From assembly GCA_963761615.1 (NCBI GenBank), contig CAVXGU010000003.1:2657336-2721335 (forward strand): a DNA stretch of 64,000 bases, written 5' to 3'. How positions within the stretch are numbered: position 1 is the first letter of the stretch; every line of letters starts with the position of its first letter. Of this stretch, positions 27,099 to 37,021 are shown piece after piece. The notes under the pieces were generated by a model that worked only from the letters and a program-made list of their open reading frames with translations, did no database searches and had not been told where the DNA came from. The translations under genes and the position numbers were made by a program. The stretch is from an uncultured Acidobacteriota bacterium (GTDB taxonomy: Bacteria > Acidobacteriota > Vicinamibacteria > Vicinamibacterales > CAVVIG01).

Positions 27099-29096
27099 AT
27101 GATTCTCACCGTTCAACGTTCCGTTCACGATCAGATCGCCGCCGTCGCCCGGCGCCTCTACGGTCTGGCCGAGGTACCGGCGTTCGCCGTGGAAGTCCCG
27201 CCCAACCGCGCGCTCGGCGATCTGGGCGTCACCCTCGCCTTCCAGCTGGCGCGGACGCTCCGCAAGGCGCCGCGCGCCATCGCGCAGGAAGTCGCGGCGG
27301 CGGCCGGCGCGCTCGAGGGCGTCTCGCGCGTCGAGGCCGCGCCCAACGGCTACCTGAACCTGTTCCTCGACCGCCGCGCCTTCGCCCTGGCCCGCCTGCG
27401 TGGGGAAGTCCCTCTCCCGGCGCTGGACGCGGACGCCGCCGGCAAGACGGTCGTCGAGCACACGGCCATCAATCCGAACAAGGCGGCGCACGTCGGCCAT
27501 CTGCGCAATGCGACCCTGGGCGACACGCTCGTCCGCGTCCTGCGGTTTCGCGGCACACCCGTCGAAGTCCAGAACTACATCGACGACACCGGCGTCCAGG
27601 TGGCCGACGTCATCGTCGGGTTCAGCCAGCTGGAGCGCCAGTCGCTCGACGCGGTCCGCCGGATCGCGGACCAGACGCGCTTCGACTATTACTGCTGGGA
27701 CCTGTACTCCCGCGTGACGGACTGGTACGACGGCGACCAGGCGCGGCTCGCGATTCGCGCCGACACCCTCCACGCGCTCGAGCACGGCGGCAACGACACC
27801 GCCGCGCTCGGAACCTTCATCGTCGATCGCATCGTGCGGGCGCACTTGCGCACGATGGCGCGGCTGAACATCGGCTACGACCTGCTGACGTACGAGGGCG
27901 ACATCCTGCGCCTGCACTTCTGGGCCCGCGCCTTCGAGATTCTGAAGGCCCAGGGCGCGGTGTTCCTCCAGACCGAGGGCCGGCTGGCCGGCTGCTGGGT
28001 GATGCGGATCGACGAGCCCGGCGGCCAGGACGCCGCCGCCGACGACGAGTCCGCGGCCGAGGAGTCGCGCGAAAAGGTGATCGTCCGCTCGAACGGCGTC
28101 GTGACGTACGTCGGCAAGGACATCGCGAACCAGTTCTGGAAGTTCGGGTTGCTCGGGCGCGACTTCCACTACCTCCGATTCGAGGAGCCGGCACACGCCG
28201 GCACACTCTGGGCCACGACCTCGGGTCCCGGCGAGACGCCGGCACCGGACTTCGGCCGGGCGGCGCGCATCTTCAACGTCATCGACTCGCGCCAGATGTA
28301 CCTGCAGGCGCTGCTCGTCCAGGCGCTCCGCGCCCTCGGTCACGCCCGGGAGGCCGAGCGCTCGATCCACTTCTCCTACGAGATGGTGGCGCTGTCGCAC
28401 GCCACGGCGCGCGAGCTCGGACACGGGCCCGACGAGGGCGCCGACGCCCGGAAGCCGTTCGTGGAGGTCTCGGGCCGCAAGGGCCTGGGGGTGAAGATCG
28501 ACGACCTGCTGGATCTCCTCACCGCCAAGGCGGCCTCGGAGGTCGAGACCCGCAACCCCGATCTGGCGGAAACCGAACGCCGGCGGGTCGCCGCCCAGAT
28601 CGCGGTGGGCGCCATCCGCTACTTCATGCTGAAATACTCGCGGGGCAAGATCATCGTGTTCGACATCGAGGAAGCGCTCGCATTCGAGGGCGAAACCGGT
28701 CCATATCTGCAGTATGCTGTCGTACGGGCGAACAACATCTTCGCCAAGCTGCGCGAACGGGAAGGCACGACCGAAGCCGACGTCCTGGCGGCCGTGGCCG
28801 ACGCCCCCACGGGCGAGCTGGACGGCGGCGATGGGACGCTCTGGACGCTGATGTTCGAGGCCGCACGGCTCGACGAAGTGGTCGAGCAGGTCGTGCGGAC
28901 GCTCGAGTTCTCCGTGCTCGCCAAGTACGCGTTCGGGCTGGCGCAGATGTTCAATGCCTTCTATCACCGGTCGTCGATCCTCAACGAGGAACAGGCGGAC
29001 CGGAAACTCTGGCGCGCCGCCGGCGCGGCCTACGCCAGGGCGCAGCTCGCCCGCGCACTCGACCTGATGGGCATCGAGGTGCCGTCGCGCATGTAG
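27099..29096 (+). CDS. argS: arginine--tRNA ligase
   Basis: The internal ATG at 27099 starts MILTVQRSVHDQIA. It has VEHTAINPNKAAHVGHLRN (HIGH region) and a C-terminal DALR anticodon-binding region ending ...MGIEVPSRM. The upstream 427 codons of the ORF are noise. Confidence 0.9.
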   Translation: MILTVQRSVHDQIAAVARRLYGLAEVPAFAVEVPPNRALGDLGVTLAFQLARTLRKAPRAIAQEVAAAAGALEGVSRVEAAPNGYLNLFLDRRAFALARLRGEVPLPALDADAAGKTVVEHTAINPNKAAHVGHLRNATLGDTLVRVLRFRGTPVEVQNYIDDTGVQVADVIVGFSQLERQSLDAVRRIADQTRFDYYCWDLYSRVTDWYDGDQARLAIRADTLHALEHGGNDTAALGTFIVDRIVRAHLRTMARLNIGYDLLTYEGDILRLHFWARAFEILKAQGAVFLQTEGRLAGCWVMRIDEPGGQDAAADDESAAEESREKVIVRSNGVVTYVGKDIANQFWKFGLLGRDFHYLRFEEPAHAGTLWATTSGPGETPAPDFGRAARIFNVIDSRQMYLQALLVQALRALGHAREAERSIHFSYEMVALSHATARELGHGPDEGADARKPFVEVSGRKGLGVKIDDLLDLLTAKAASEVETRNPDLAETERRRVAAQIAVGAIRYFMLKYSRGKIIVFDIEEALAFEGETGPYLQYAVVRANNIFAKLREREGTTEADVLAAVADAPTGELDGGDGTLWTLMFEAARLDEVVEQVVRTLEFSVLAKYAFGLAQMFNAFYHRSSILNEEQADRKLWRAAGAAYARAQLARALDLMGIEVPSRM

Positions 29097-29125
29097 CGCG
29101 GGCCGCACCCCTTCACGGACATCCT

Positions 29126-29824
29126 ATGGCTCTCATCGCGATCACCGCGAGTCGCAAGCTCGAGGACTACCGGCAGGCCGTCCAGCACGTGGGCGGCACC
29201 GTGCAGATCGTCGACCACACCGCGAGCGTCGACGCCGCGCTCGACGCGGCGGAGGGCCTGATCCTGAGCGGCGGGTCGGACGTGGAACCGACGCGATACG
29301 GCGCGGCGCGCCATCCCTCCGTCGTCGACGTCGACGCGGCGCGAGATGCCTTCGAAATCGCGCTCACGGTCGCGGCCCGCGCCAGGGCGCTGCCGATCTT
29401 CGCGATCTGCCGCGGCATCCAGGTGCTCAACGTCGCGTGCGGCGGAACGCTCGTGCAGGACATCCCCAGCGAGATCCCGGGCGCCTCGAACCACCGGCTC
29501 GCCGTACCGCCGAACCAGTCCTCCACCCTGGCGCACGAAGTCTGGATTGAGAAGGACTCGCTGCTCGGACGCCTGATGCGGGAACGCCTGAACGACTCGG
29601 ATACGTGCGAAGTGAACAGCCGGCACCATCAGGCGGTCAAGGACGTGGCCCCGGGCTTCCAGGTCTCGGCCACCGCGCCCGACGGCGTCATCGAGGCCAT
29701 CGAGGATCCGTCCCTCCCCTTCTGCCTCGGCGTCCAGTGGCACCCGGAGAACTTCTGGCGCACCGGAGAGTTCCGTCCGCTGTTCGAAGGGCTCGTCGGG
29801 GCCGCGGAAAAACTCAGGCGCTGA
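29126..29824 (+). CDS. gamma-glutamyl-GABA hydrolase-like class I glutamine amidotransferase (peptidase C26)
   Basis: It has LPIFAICRGIQVLNVACGGTL (nucleophile Cys), NSRHHQAV and LGVQWHPE. Confidence 0.85.
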   Translation: MALIAITASRKLEDYRQAVQHVGGTVQIVDHTASVDAALDAAEGLILSGGSDVEPTRYGAARHPSVVDVDAARDAFEIALTVAARARALPIFAICRGIQVLNVACGGTLVQDIPSEIPGASNHRLAVPPNQSSTLAHEVWIEKDSLLGRLMRERLNDSDTCEVNSRHHQAVKDVAPGFQVSATAPDGVIEAIEDPSLPFCLGVQWHPENFWRTGEFRPLFEGLVGAAEKLRR

Positions 29825-29830
29825 CGAGCC

Positions 29831-31105
29831 TCAGTTCCTCCCGAACACCACGACTGTCTCCACGTGCGGCGTGTTCGGAAAGAGGTCGAAGGCATCGGCC
29901 CGGTCGAGCCCGTAGCCCGCGTCGACGAGCCGACGGGCATCGCGCGCGAGCGTCGCCACGTCGCAGGACACGTACACAATCCGCGGCGCGCCGAGACGGA
30001 CCGCGCCGGCCAGGGCTTCACGCGACATCCCCGTCCGCGGCGGATCGACGATCACGACGTCCGGCCGCGGGCCGCCTCGGGCCGTGAAGCGCTCCACCGG
30101 TGAGGCCACCGCCTGGACCCGTCCCTCCGCCTGCACGGCATTGGCGGACAGATCGGCGGCAGCCGTCGGATCGCCCTCCACCGCCGTCACCTGCGCCTCC
30201 TTCACGAGCGCGGCCGTCAGCGCGAATGCGCCGCCGCCCGCGTACAAATCCACGACGCGTGCGCGCGCGGGGACGCATCCGGCGACGTGTTCGAGCAGAC
30301 GCGCGAAGAGATACCGGTTTCCCTGGAAGAACGCCCGCACGTGGCGCCGCAGCACGAGCGCGCGCCGACGCCAGGCCAGACGATCGACCACGTACGGCGA
30401 GCCCGCGAGAACGACCGTTCGCGGCGACGCTTCCGTGGACACCGTGAGACCGGTCAGGCCATCGGTACCGCCCAGCGCCGCCAGTCCTCCTGGCGCCTGC
30501 CCCCGGGCGTGCAGGTGAACGGCCCGCTCGGACGCGTCGAGATTCTCGCTCACGTCAATCTCGTGCACGCCCTCGGCCGCGAGCGATCGCAGCCCGGCCG
30601 CCAGCCGATCCAGGCAGGCCACGGTTTCCGGCAGGAGCTGGCCCGTCGGCCCGGCATCGCAGAGCTCGTGCGTGGCCTCGCGGAAGAAGCCGAGGCGCCC
30701 GCCCCACGCATGCAGCCGGGCGCGCATCCGGTACCCATCCTCCCTCGACGCGGCGACGTCGACCGCCGCGGGCAGCGTCAGGTGCCCGAGGCGTGCGAAG
30801 GCGTCGGCAATCACGAGGCTCTTGAGCTCGCGCTGGCGCGGGTAGGTGATGTGCGCATACAGGCAGCCGCCGCAGGCGGGATCGAAGGGCGACGGCCGCC
30901 GATCCGGGGACGGGGTGCCGACGTCGACGACGTCGGCGTAGGCGACCCCTCGTGTGATCCTCTCGACCCGGGCCGAGACCCGTTCGCCCGGGATCGCGCC
31001 GGCCACCAGGACGACCTGGCCGCCGACCCGGCCGATCATCCGCCCGCCGGCGGCCGGCTTGTCGATGTCGAGCTCGACGCGCTCTCCTACGGAGGTCATG
31101 GGCAA
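29831..31105 (-). CDS. TRAM-domain class I SAM-dependent RNA (uracil-5-) methyltransferase, RumA/TrmA family
   Basis: It has an N-terminal TRAM domain (GRMIGRVGGQVVLVAGAIPGERV), a CGGC cluster, VVDLYAGGGAF and DPPRTG, and a C-terminal VSCDVATLARD. Confidence 0.85.
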   Translation of the reverse strand: MPMTSVGERVELDIDKPAAGGRMIGRVGGQVVLVAGAIPGERVSARVERITRGVAYADVVDVGTPSPDRRPSPFDPACGGCLYAHITYPRQRELKSLVIADAFARLGHLTLPAAVDVAASREDGYRMRARLHAWGGRLGFFREATHELCDAGPTGQLLPETVACLDRLAAGLRSLAAEGVHEIDVSENLDASERAVHLHARGQAPGGLAALGGTDGLTGLTVSTEASPRTVVLAGSPYVVDRLAWRRRALVLRRHVRAFFQGNRYLFARLLEHVAGCVPARARVVDLYAGGGAFALTAALVKEAQVTAVEGDPTAAADLSANAVQAEGRVQAVASPVERFTARGGPRPDVVIVDPPRTGMSREALAGAVRLGAPRIVYVSCDVATLARDARRLVDAGYGLDRADAFDLFPNTPHVETVVVFGRN

Positions 31106-31130
31106 GTCTCGAGTGTCGGGCCCCCGGCCC

Positions 31131-31847
31131 CTACGGCTCCAGGCGAAGCTGCGGGAGATCGAGGCGCGCGCGAAGCAGGCGCCCGGCCGCCGCGTCCCTC
31201 GCGCGGGCGAACGCCTCGGGGCCCATGCGCCCGCGGTACGCGGACAGCTCGGCGTCCGCCTCCGCCTCGATGCGGCGCCGCGCCTCCGGTGTCAGCCCGG
31301 CGCGGGCTTCCCGCAGCAGCTCCTCGTCGAGCGCCGCCAGCCGATCGACGACGGCCTGTCTGGCTTCTCCGCGGAGTCCCCGGGGCGCGGAGCGGGCCAG
31401 GTCGAAGTCGCGCACCAGTCGGTCGATCAAATCGTCGGCCGACGACCCGAGCGCACCCGAGATGCGCGCCTGCGTGAGGCGGGCCACCACGCGTTCGAGG
31501 TGGGACACGAGCGACACGGCCCGCCGCTCGGGTGCCCCTTCCGCTTCCGACGTCGCTCCGCCGGAACCGGCCGGCAGCCCGACGGCGCGGCGCCACTCAT
31601 CGAAGACGTCGAGCACGTCCGCCTCGCAGAAGTCGATCTTCACCGGACGCCGGCGGCCGCCCTTGCGCGCGATCCGCTCGAGCGTGCGGTCGATGCCCTC
31701 GAACACCACCTTGAGGGGAATCCCGCGCTCGGCCCACGCCGAGACGAGATCGAACGACGGCCCGACGATCCGGATCAGGTGGCCGCCGTTGCTGCGGCAG
31801 AGATGGCTCTCGACCTCGCGGCAGTAGTCTACTGGTGGCGCGTCCAC
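31131..31847 (-). CDS. hypothetical protein
   Basis: 238-aa ORF overlapping the coaX stop by 19 nt. It has a compact N-terminal domain (DYCREVESHLCRSNGGHLIRIVGPSFDLVSAWAERGIPL) and an Arg/Ala-rich helical C-terminus. I recognise no family. Confidence 0.55.
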   Translation of the reverse strand: MDAPPVDYCREVESHLCRSNGGHLIRIVGPSFDLVSAWAERGIPLKVVFEGIDRTLERIARKGGRRRPVKIDFCEADVLDVFDEWRRAVGLPAGSGGATSEAEGAPERRAVSLVSHLERVVARLTQARISGALGSSADDLIDRLVRDFDLARSAPRGLRGEARQAVVDRLAALDEELLREARAGLTPEARRRIEAEADAELSAYRGRMGPEAFARARDAAAGRLLRARLDLPQLRLEP

Positions 31848-32605
31848 ACGACTTTCAGCCCGTGAAGGGTCAGGTCGGGATCGACGTGGTGGATGAGCGG
31901 CGTCTCGGGGGCGATGAGCGCCGCGAGCCCGCCGGTGGCGACGCAGATGGCGTCGCCGCCCAGCTCGTCGGTCATGCGGCGCACGAGGCCCTCGACCATC
32001 GCGACGTATCCCCAGAAGAGCCCGGCCTGCATCGCCGCGACGGTCGTCTGGCCGATCACGCGCGACGGCTTGCGCACGTCGATCCGCGGCAGGCGCGCCG
32101 CACGCTGGAAGAGCGCGTCGGCCGAGATCCGCACGCCTGGACAGATCGCACCACCCAGATATTCGCCGCGCGCCGAGACGGCATCCAGGGTCGTCGCCGT
32201 CCCGAAGTCGACGACGACCAGCGGGCGTCCCGTGCCGCGCCCGAACTGCTCGAAGGCCGCGATGCCGTTCATCAGGCGATCGGCTCCGACCTCCGACGGG
32301 TTCTCGTAGAGGATCGGCATCCCCGTCTCGAGCCCCGGCTCGACGTTGAGCGCGGTCAGGCCGAAGGAGCGGGCGATCATCTCCTGGGTCGGTCGCGTCA
32401 GGGGCGGCACGACGGAGGCGACGATCACGCCGGAGACCGCGGAGCGCTCGAGCCCCGCGTTCGCGAACAGGCCCTCCACCAGCAGTCCCAGCTCGTCGCT
32501 GGTGTGCTCGCGCACCGTCATGAGCCGCCAGCTCCGGACGAGGTCGTCGCCGTCGTAGACGCCGAGCACGATGTTGGTGTTGCCGATGTCGATGGCCAGG
32601 AGCAT
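31829..32605 (-). CDS. coaX: type III pantothenate kinase
   Basis: It has MLLAIDIGNTN and VVVDFGTATT, the CoaX/ASKHA signatures. Confidence 0.92.
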   Translation of the reverse strand: MLLAIDIGNTNIVLGVYDGDDLVRSWRLMTVREHTSDELGLLVEGLFANAGLERSAVSGVIVASVVPPLTRPTQEMIARSFGLTALNVEPGLETGMPILYENPSEVGADRLMNGIAAFEQFGRGTGRPLVVVDFGTATTLDAVSARGEYLGGAICPGVRISADALFQRAARLPRIDVRKPSRVIGQTTVAAMQAGLFWGYVAMVEGLVRRMTDELGGDAICVATGGLAALIAPETPLIHHVDPDLTLHGLKVVWTRHQ

Positions 32606-32639
32606 GGTTCTCGGGGTTCTCTAGGTTCTCGGGGTTCGC
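32606..32639 (-). repeat. tandem 9-nt repeats ending at the coaX start codon
   Basis: The reverse strand reads GCGAACCCC GAGAACCTA GAGAACCCC GAGAACC ATG. It shares a 19-mer with the prfB upstream region. Confidence 0.8.
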
Positions 32640-32688
32640 CCATCCCCGGCCGTTTGCCGGGAGCCGGGAGACCGCAGCCGAGGGCCTG

Positions 32689-33519
32689 TCAGTGCCACGT
32701 CAGCTCCCCCGCGACGACCCGTTCCGGACCTCGATCGGTCCGCAGGATCAGCGCGCCCTCGTCGTCGATGCCGGCCGTGACGCCGGTGCGCGGACCTTCC
32801 GGCGCCGCCCAGGAAACGGTCGCGCCCTGGCTCGACGGCGCCTTCGCGCGCCAGGCGTCGAGAATAGCATCGAAGCGTCCGGCCAGAAGATCCTCGTAGC
32901 GGCGTGCCAGCGCCGCGAGCAGTTCCGTCAGCAGCAGGCCCCGGTCGACCGGGCGCCCGAGCTCCACTTCGAGTGACGTCGCGCGATCCGAGAGCTCGCG
33001 CGGATAGGCCATCGGACCGACGTTGATGCCGAAGCCGGTGACGACGACCGACACGTGCCCGCCGGTCGCGGAACCGGCGCCCGCCACACCCTCGGTCAGA
33101 ATGCCGCCGAGCTTCCGGCGCCCGACCGTGAGATCGTTCGGCCACTTGATGTCCGGAGCCAGTGCGGTCGCGGCCTCGACGCCCTCGGCGAGCGCGACGC
33201 CGACGGTCAGCGTGACCAGGCTCGTCGCGCGCGCGCCCGATCCGGCGGCGCCGGGCGTGAGCACCACGGACACGTACAGCCCGCTGCCCGGCGGCGAGAA
33301 CCACGCCCGCCCCCGCCGCCCGCGCCCGGAGGTCTGCTCGTCGGCGATCACCACCGCGCCTTCGGCCCCGCCCGCGGCCGCGAGCGACATGGCCACGTCG
33401 TTGGTGGATCCGATGACGGGGAAGTGGCGGACGCTCGTCGCCAGCCGGCCCAGCCGCCCGCGCGACCCGTCGATGGCGGCCGCGAGATCGTCGGGCAGAT
33501 CAGAGCGGTTCGATTTCAA
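32689..33519 (-). CDS. birA: biotin--[acetyl-CoA-carboxylase] ligase (no N-terminal HTH)
   Basis: It has QTSGRGRRGRAWFSPPGSGLY and DIKWPNDL. Confidence 0.88.
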   Translation of the reverse strand: MKSNRSDLPDDLAAAIDGSRGRLGRLATSVRHFPVIGSTNDVAMSLAAAGGAEGAVVIADEQTSGRGRRGRAWFSPPGSGLYVSVVLTPGAAGSGARATSLVTLTVGVALAEGVEAATALAPDIKWPNDLTVGRRKLGGILTEGVAGAGSATGGHVSVVVTGFGINVGPMAYPRELSDRATSLEVELGRPVDRGLLLTELLAALARRYEDLLAGRFDAILDAWRAKAPSSQGATVSWAAPEGPRTGVTAGIDDEGALILRTDRGPERVVAGELTWH

Positions 33520-34342
33520 AGCTGATGTCCACGGCCGGCGCGGAGTGGGTCAGCGCCCCGACCGACACGTAATCGGCGCCCGTCGCGGCGATTTCCGCCA
33601 TGCGCGCCAGCGACACGCCCCCGGACACTTCGATCCGCGCACGGCCGCCGGCCATCGCAACCGCCATCCTGGTGTCGGCGTCGGCGAGATTGTCGACCAG
33701 CACGGTGTCGGCCGCGGCGCTCAGCGCGTCGGCGACCTCGGCGAGGCTCTGGGCCTCGACTTCGACCGGCAAATCCGGGCGCGCCGCGCGCGCGCGCGCG
33801 ACGGCCGCGGCGATGCCGCCCGCAAGGCGCGCGTGGTTCTCCTTGACGAGTATCGCGTCGTACAGACCCGCGCGGTGGTTCGTGGCGCCGCCCGCACGCA
33901 CCGCGTACTTCTCCAGGACGCGCAGCGTCGGCGTCGTCTTGCGGGTGTCCAGCACGACGATCCGCCCCCCGGCCGCGTCGACGAAGCGGCGCGCGAGCGT
34001 CGCGATGCCGGACAGCCGCTGGAGAAAATTGAGCGCGGTGCGCTCCCCGGTCAGCAGCGTCCGGGCGCGCCCGGCGACCTCGGCCACGACGTCTCCGACC
34101 GCCGCGTGGTCCCCGTCGTGACGCCGCATCACGACGTCCACGCCGGGCTCGATGAGGCGGAAGGCCTCGACCGCCACACCGAGCCCGGCCAGGACGCACG
34201 CCTCCTTCACCAGGAAGACCCCGCGGGCGCGCCGATCGGCCTCCACGACGGCCTCGGTCGTCACGTCTCCCGCCCCGGCGTCCTCGGCGAGCGCGCGGCG
34301 GACGATGTCGCGATACCGCAGCGGGTCGAGCGGCTCGCTCAC
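33500..34342 (-). CDS. nadC: nicotinate-nucleotide diphosphorylase (carboxylating)
   Basis: A GTG at 34342 overlaps the valS stop (GTGA). It has LLTGERTALNFLQRLSGIAT, DTRKTTPTLR, KENH and VDNL.... Confidence 0.88.
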   Translation of the reverse strand: MSEPLDPLRYRDIVRRALAEDAGAGDVTTEAVVEADRRARGVFLVKEACVLAGLGVAVEAFRLIEPGVDVVMRRHDGDHAAVGDVVAEVAGRARTLLTGERTALNFLQRLSGIATLARRFVDAAGGRIVVLDTRKTTPTLRVLEKYAVRAGGATNHRAGLYDAILVKENHARLAGGIAAAVARARAARPDLPVEVEAQSLAEVADALSAAADTVLVDNLADADTRMAVAMAGGRARIEVSGGVSLARMAEIAATGADYVSVGALTHSAPAVDISFEIEPL

Positions 34343-36948
34343 GGCGTGGTCGCTTCGTAGCCGGCCACGAGGACCGACCGAGGCTCGCCGACGCGCACGT
34401 CGAACGCCTGCACGCGGAGGGCCGAGCGCAGGTCGGCCTCGACGAGGGGCATCAGCTCGACGGCTTCCCGGCCGGCCGTGATGGTCACGACCGTGATTGG
34501 CACCTTCAGCGGCTGCTTGGCTTCGGAGCGCTGCTTGCGCACCTCGAACAGCACCTCGGTCGCCCACGTGTACACCCGCTGGTCCGCGTCACGCGTCGCC
34601 TCGCCGGACTCCCCCACGAGCGACAGGAGCTCGGCCGGCACCGGCCACGGAGCATGATGAATCGAGCCGTCGCGCCACCACGACCAGACTTCTTCGGTGA
34701 CGAACGGGAGAAACGGCGCAAGCAGCCGGAGCAGGACGGACAGCGCGGCGACCAGGGCGCGGTTGGCCGACGCGGCGCCGTCGCGATCCTGTTCGCCGTA
34801 GCGGCGCCCCTTCACGAGCTCCAGGTAGTCGTCGCAGAAGCGCCAGAAGAACTCCTCGACGCGCTGCAGGGCGCGCGCGTAGTCGTAGCCCTCGAGATCG
34901 CGGCTCGCCTGCTCCACCAGGCCGGCGAGGCGCCGGAGCAGGGCGCGATCGACGGCCTTCACGATCGGCCCCTGCGGCTCGGCCGCCGCCAGGGCGAACC
35001 GCGACGCGTTCAACACCTTGATCGCCAGCCGGCGGCCGACGCGCATCTGGTTGGGGTCGACCGCCGTGTCGGTGCCGGGACGGCCGCTCGCCGCCCAGTA
35101 GCGCACGCCGTCCGACCCATGTTCCTCGAGCAGCGCCATCGGCGTCACGACGTTGCCTTTCGACTTCGACATCTTCTTGCGATCGGGATCGAGGACCCAG
35201 CCCGAAATCGCCGCGTCGGACCAGGGCAGCGAGTCGTGCTCGAGGTGCGCGCGCACGACGGTGGAGAACAGCCACGTCCGGATGATGTCGTGCGCCTGCG
35301 GCCGCAGATCCATCGGGAACGTCTTCGCGAAGAGATCCGGGTCCTCGCCCCAGCCGCACGCGATCTGAGGCGTCAGCGACGAGGTGGCCCACGTGTCCAT
35401 CACGTCCGGATCGCCCGTGAACCCGCCGGGGCGGCCTCGCTGCGCGGCCTCGTACCCCGGAGGGACGTCCGTGGACGGGTCCACGGGCAGGCGATCCTCC
35501 GATGCCGCGATCGGTCTGTCGTACCGGACGCGCCCCTCATCGTCGATGGGGTACCACAGCGGAAACGGCACGCCGAAGAACCGCTGGCGGCTGACGCACC
35601 AGTCGCCGTTCAGGCCGTTGGTCCAGTTCTCGAACCGCGCCTGCATGTACGGCGGGTGCCACCGCAGCTCGCGCCCCCGCTCGAGCAGGGCGTCGCGAAG
35701 CTCCACGGTCCTGATGAACCACTGCCGGCTCGTGACGATCTCGAGCGGACGGTCGCCCTTCTCGTAGAACTTCACCGCATGGGTCACCGGGCGCGGATCG
35801 CCCACCAGGTCGCCGGCCTCGCGGAGCTGCTCGACGATCCGCACACGCGCCTTGGACGCGGACAGGCCCGCCAGCTCGGCGGAATGCCGCGCCGCGTTCG
35901 CGGGGTCCACGCTCTCCCACCCGTCGGTTCCCCAGGGCACGTCGCGCAGCGTGCCGTCCGGCTGGATGACGGCCCGAACCGGCAGGTTCAGCTCGCGCCA
36001 CCACGTCACGTCGGTCACGTCGCCGAAGGTGCAGATCATGGCGATCCCGCTGCCCTTGGCCGGATCGGCCAGCGCGTGGGCCCGCACCGGCACGCGGACG
36101 CCGAAGAGCGGCGTCAGCACGTCGCGTCCGAAGAGCGGGCGGTAGCGCTCGTCGTCGGGATGCGCGACGAGGGCCACGCACGCCGGAATGAGCTCGGGGC
36201 GTGTCGTCTCGATTTCGACGGCGCCGCCTTCGGGGATCGCAAAGCGGATCCGGTGGTAGGCGCCTGGAAGCTCGCGGTCCTCGAGCTCCGCTTGCGCCAC
36301 GGCCGTGCGAAAGTCCACGTCCCAGAGCGTCGGCGCCTCGACCTGGCACGCGAATCCCCGCGCCAGCAGGTGCAGGAAGCCCCGCTGCGAAACACGCTGC
36401 GCCCGCTTGCCGATGGTCGCATAGGTCATCGACCAGTCGACCGACAGGCCCAGGTGGCGCCAGAGGCGCTCGAACGCCTTCTCGTCTTCGGCCGTCAGGC
36501 GCGCGCACAGCTCGATGAAGTTCGGCCGGGAGATCGCAATGGGATGCTTGCTCGGCTTGTCGGGCGGCACGAACGCGGCGTCATAGGGCAGCGTCGGATC
36601 GCAGCGCACGCCGTAGTAGTTCTGCACACGGCGCTCGGTCGGCAGCCCGTTGTCATCCCAGCCCATCGGGTAGAACACGGACCGGCCGCGCATCCGGTGG
36701 AAGCGGGCGACGACGTCGGTGTGGGTGTAGGAGAAGACGTGGCCGACGTGCAGCGAGCCGCTCACGGTGGGGGGCGGCGTGTCGATGGCAAAGACGTCTC
36801 CACGCGGGCGCGACCGGTCGAAGCGATAGGTGCCTTCCTCTTCCCACCGCGGCGTCCACTTCGCTTCGAGACCTTCCAGGGCTGGCTTGTCGGGCAGTCG
36901 CAGACGGGCGGCGTCGAGGCCCGTCAGCGGCACGGACGGATCGGTCAT
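34339..36948 (-). CDS. valS: valine--tRNA ligase
   Basis: 869 aa with PPPTVSGSLHVGHVFSYT (HIGH) and KMSKSKGNVV (KMSKS). The editing-domain insert is present. Confidence 0.95.
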   Translation of the reverse strand: MTDPSVPLTGLDAARLRLPDKPALEGLEAKWTPRWEEEGTYRFDRSRPRGDVFAIDTPPPTVSGSLHVGHVFSYTHTDVVARFHRMRGRSVFYPMGWDDNGLPTERRVQNYYGVRCDPTLPYDAAFVPPDKPSKHPIAISRPNFIELCARLTAEDEKAFERLWRHLGLSVDWSMTYATIGKRAQRVSQRGFLHLLARGFACQVEAPTLWDVDFRTAVAQAELEDRELPGAYHRIRFAIPEGGAVEIETTRPELIPACVALVAHPDDERYRPLFGRDVLTPLFGVRVPVRAHALADPAKGSGIAMICTFGDVTDVTWWRELNLPVRAVIQPDGTLRDVPWGTDGWESVDPANAARHSAELAGLSASKARVRIVEQLREAGDLVGDPRPVTHAVKFYEKGDRPLEIVTSRQWFIRTVELRDALLERGRELRWHPPYMQARFENWTNGLNGDWCVSRQRFFGVPFPLWYPIDDEGRVRYDRPIAASEDRLPVDPSTDVPPGYEAAQRGRPGGFTGDPDVMDTWATSSLTPQIACGWGEDPDLFAKTFPMDLRPQAHDIIRTWLFSTVVRAHLEHDSLPWSDAAISGWVLDPDRKKMSKSKGNVVTPMALLEEHGSDGVRYWAASGRPGTDTAVDPNQMRVGRRLAIKVLNASRFALAAAEPQGPIVKAVDRALLRRLAGLVEQASRDLEGYDYARALQRVEEFFWRFCDDYLELVKGRRYGEQDRDGAASANRALVAALSVLLRLLAPFLPFVTEEVWSWWRDGSIHHAPWPVPAELLSLVGESGEATRDADQRVYTWATEVLFEVRKQRSEAKQPLKVPITVVTITAGREAVELMPLVEADLRSALRVQAFDVRVGEPRSVLVAGYEATTP

Positions 36949-36980
36949 GGAGGAAATGGTATCAGAGCGCTTCGAATGCC

Positions 36981-37021
36981 GGGCGCCAGGCGTCGGGTGC
37001 CGCGCGCCCGGGCTGGCGCCC
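36981..37021 (-). terminator. 9-bp GC stem directly after the response-regulator stop
   Basis: gggcgccag (36981..36989) pairs with ctggcgccc (37013..37021). There is no U-tract. Confidence 0.4.
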
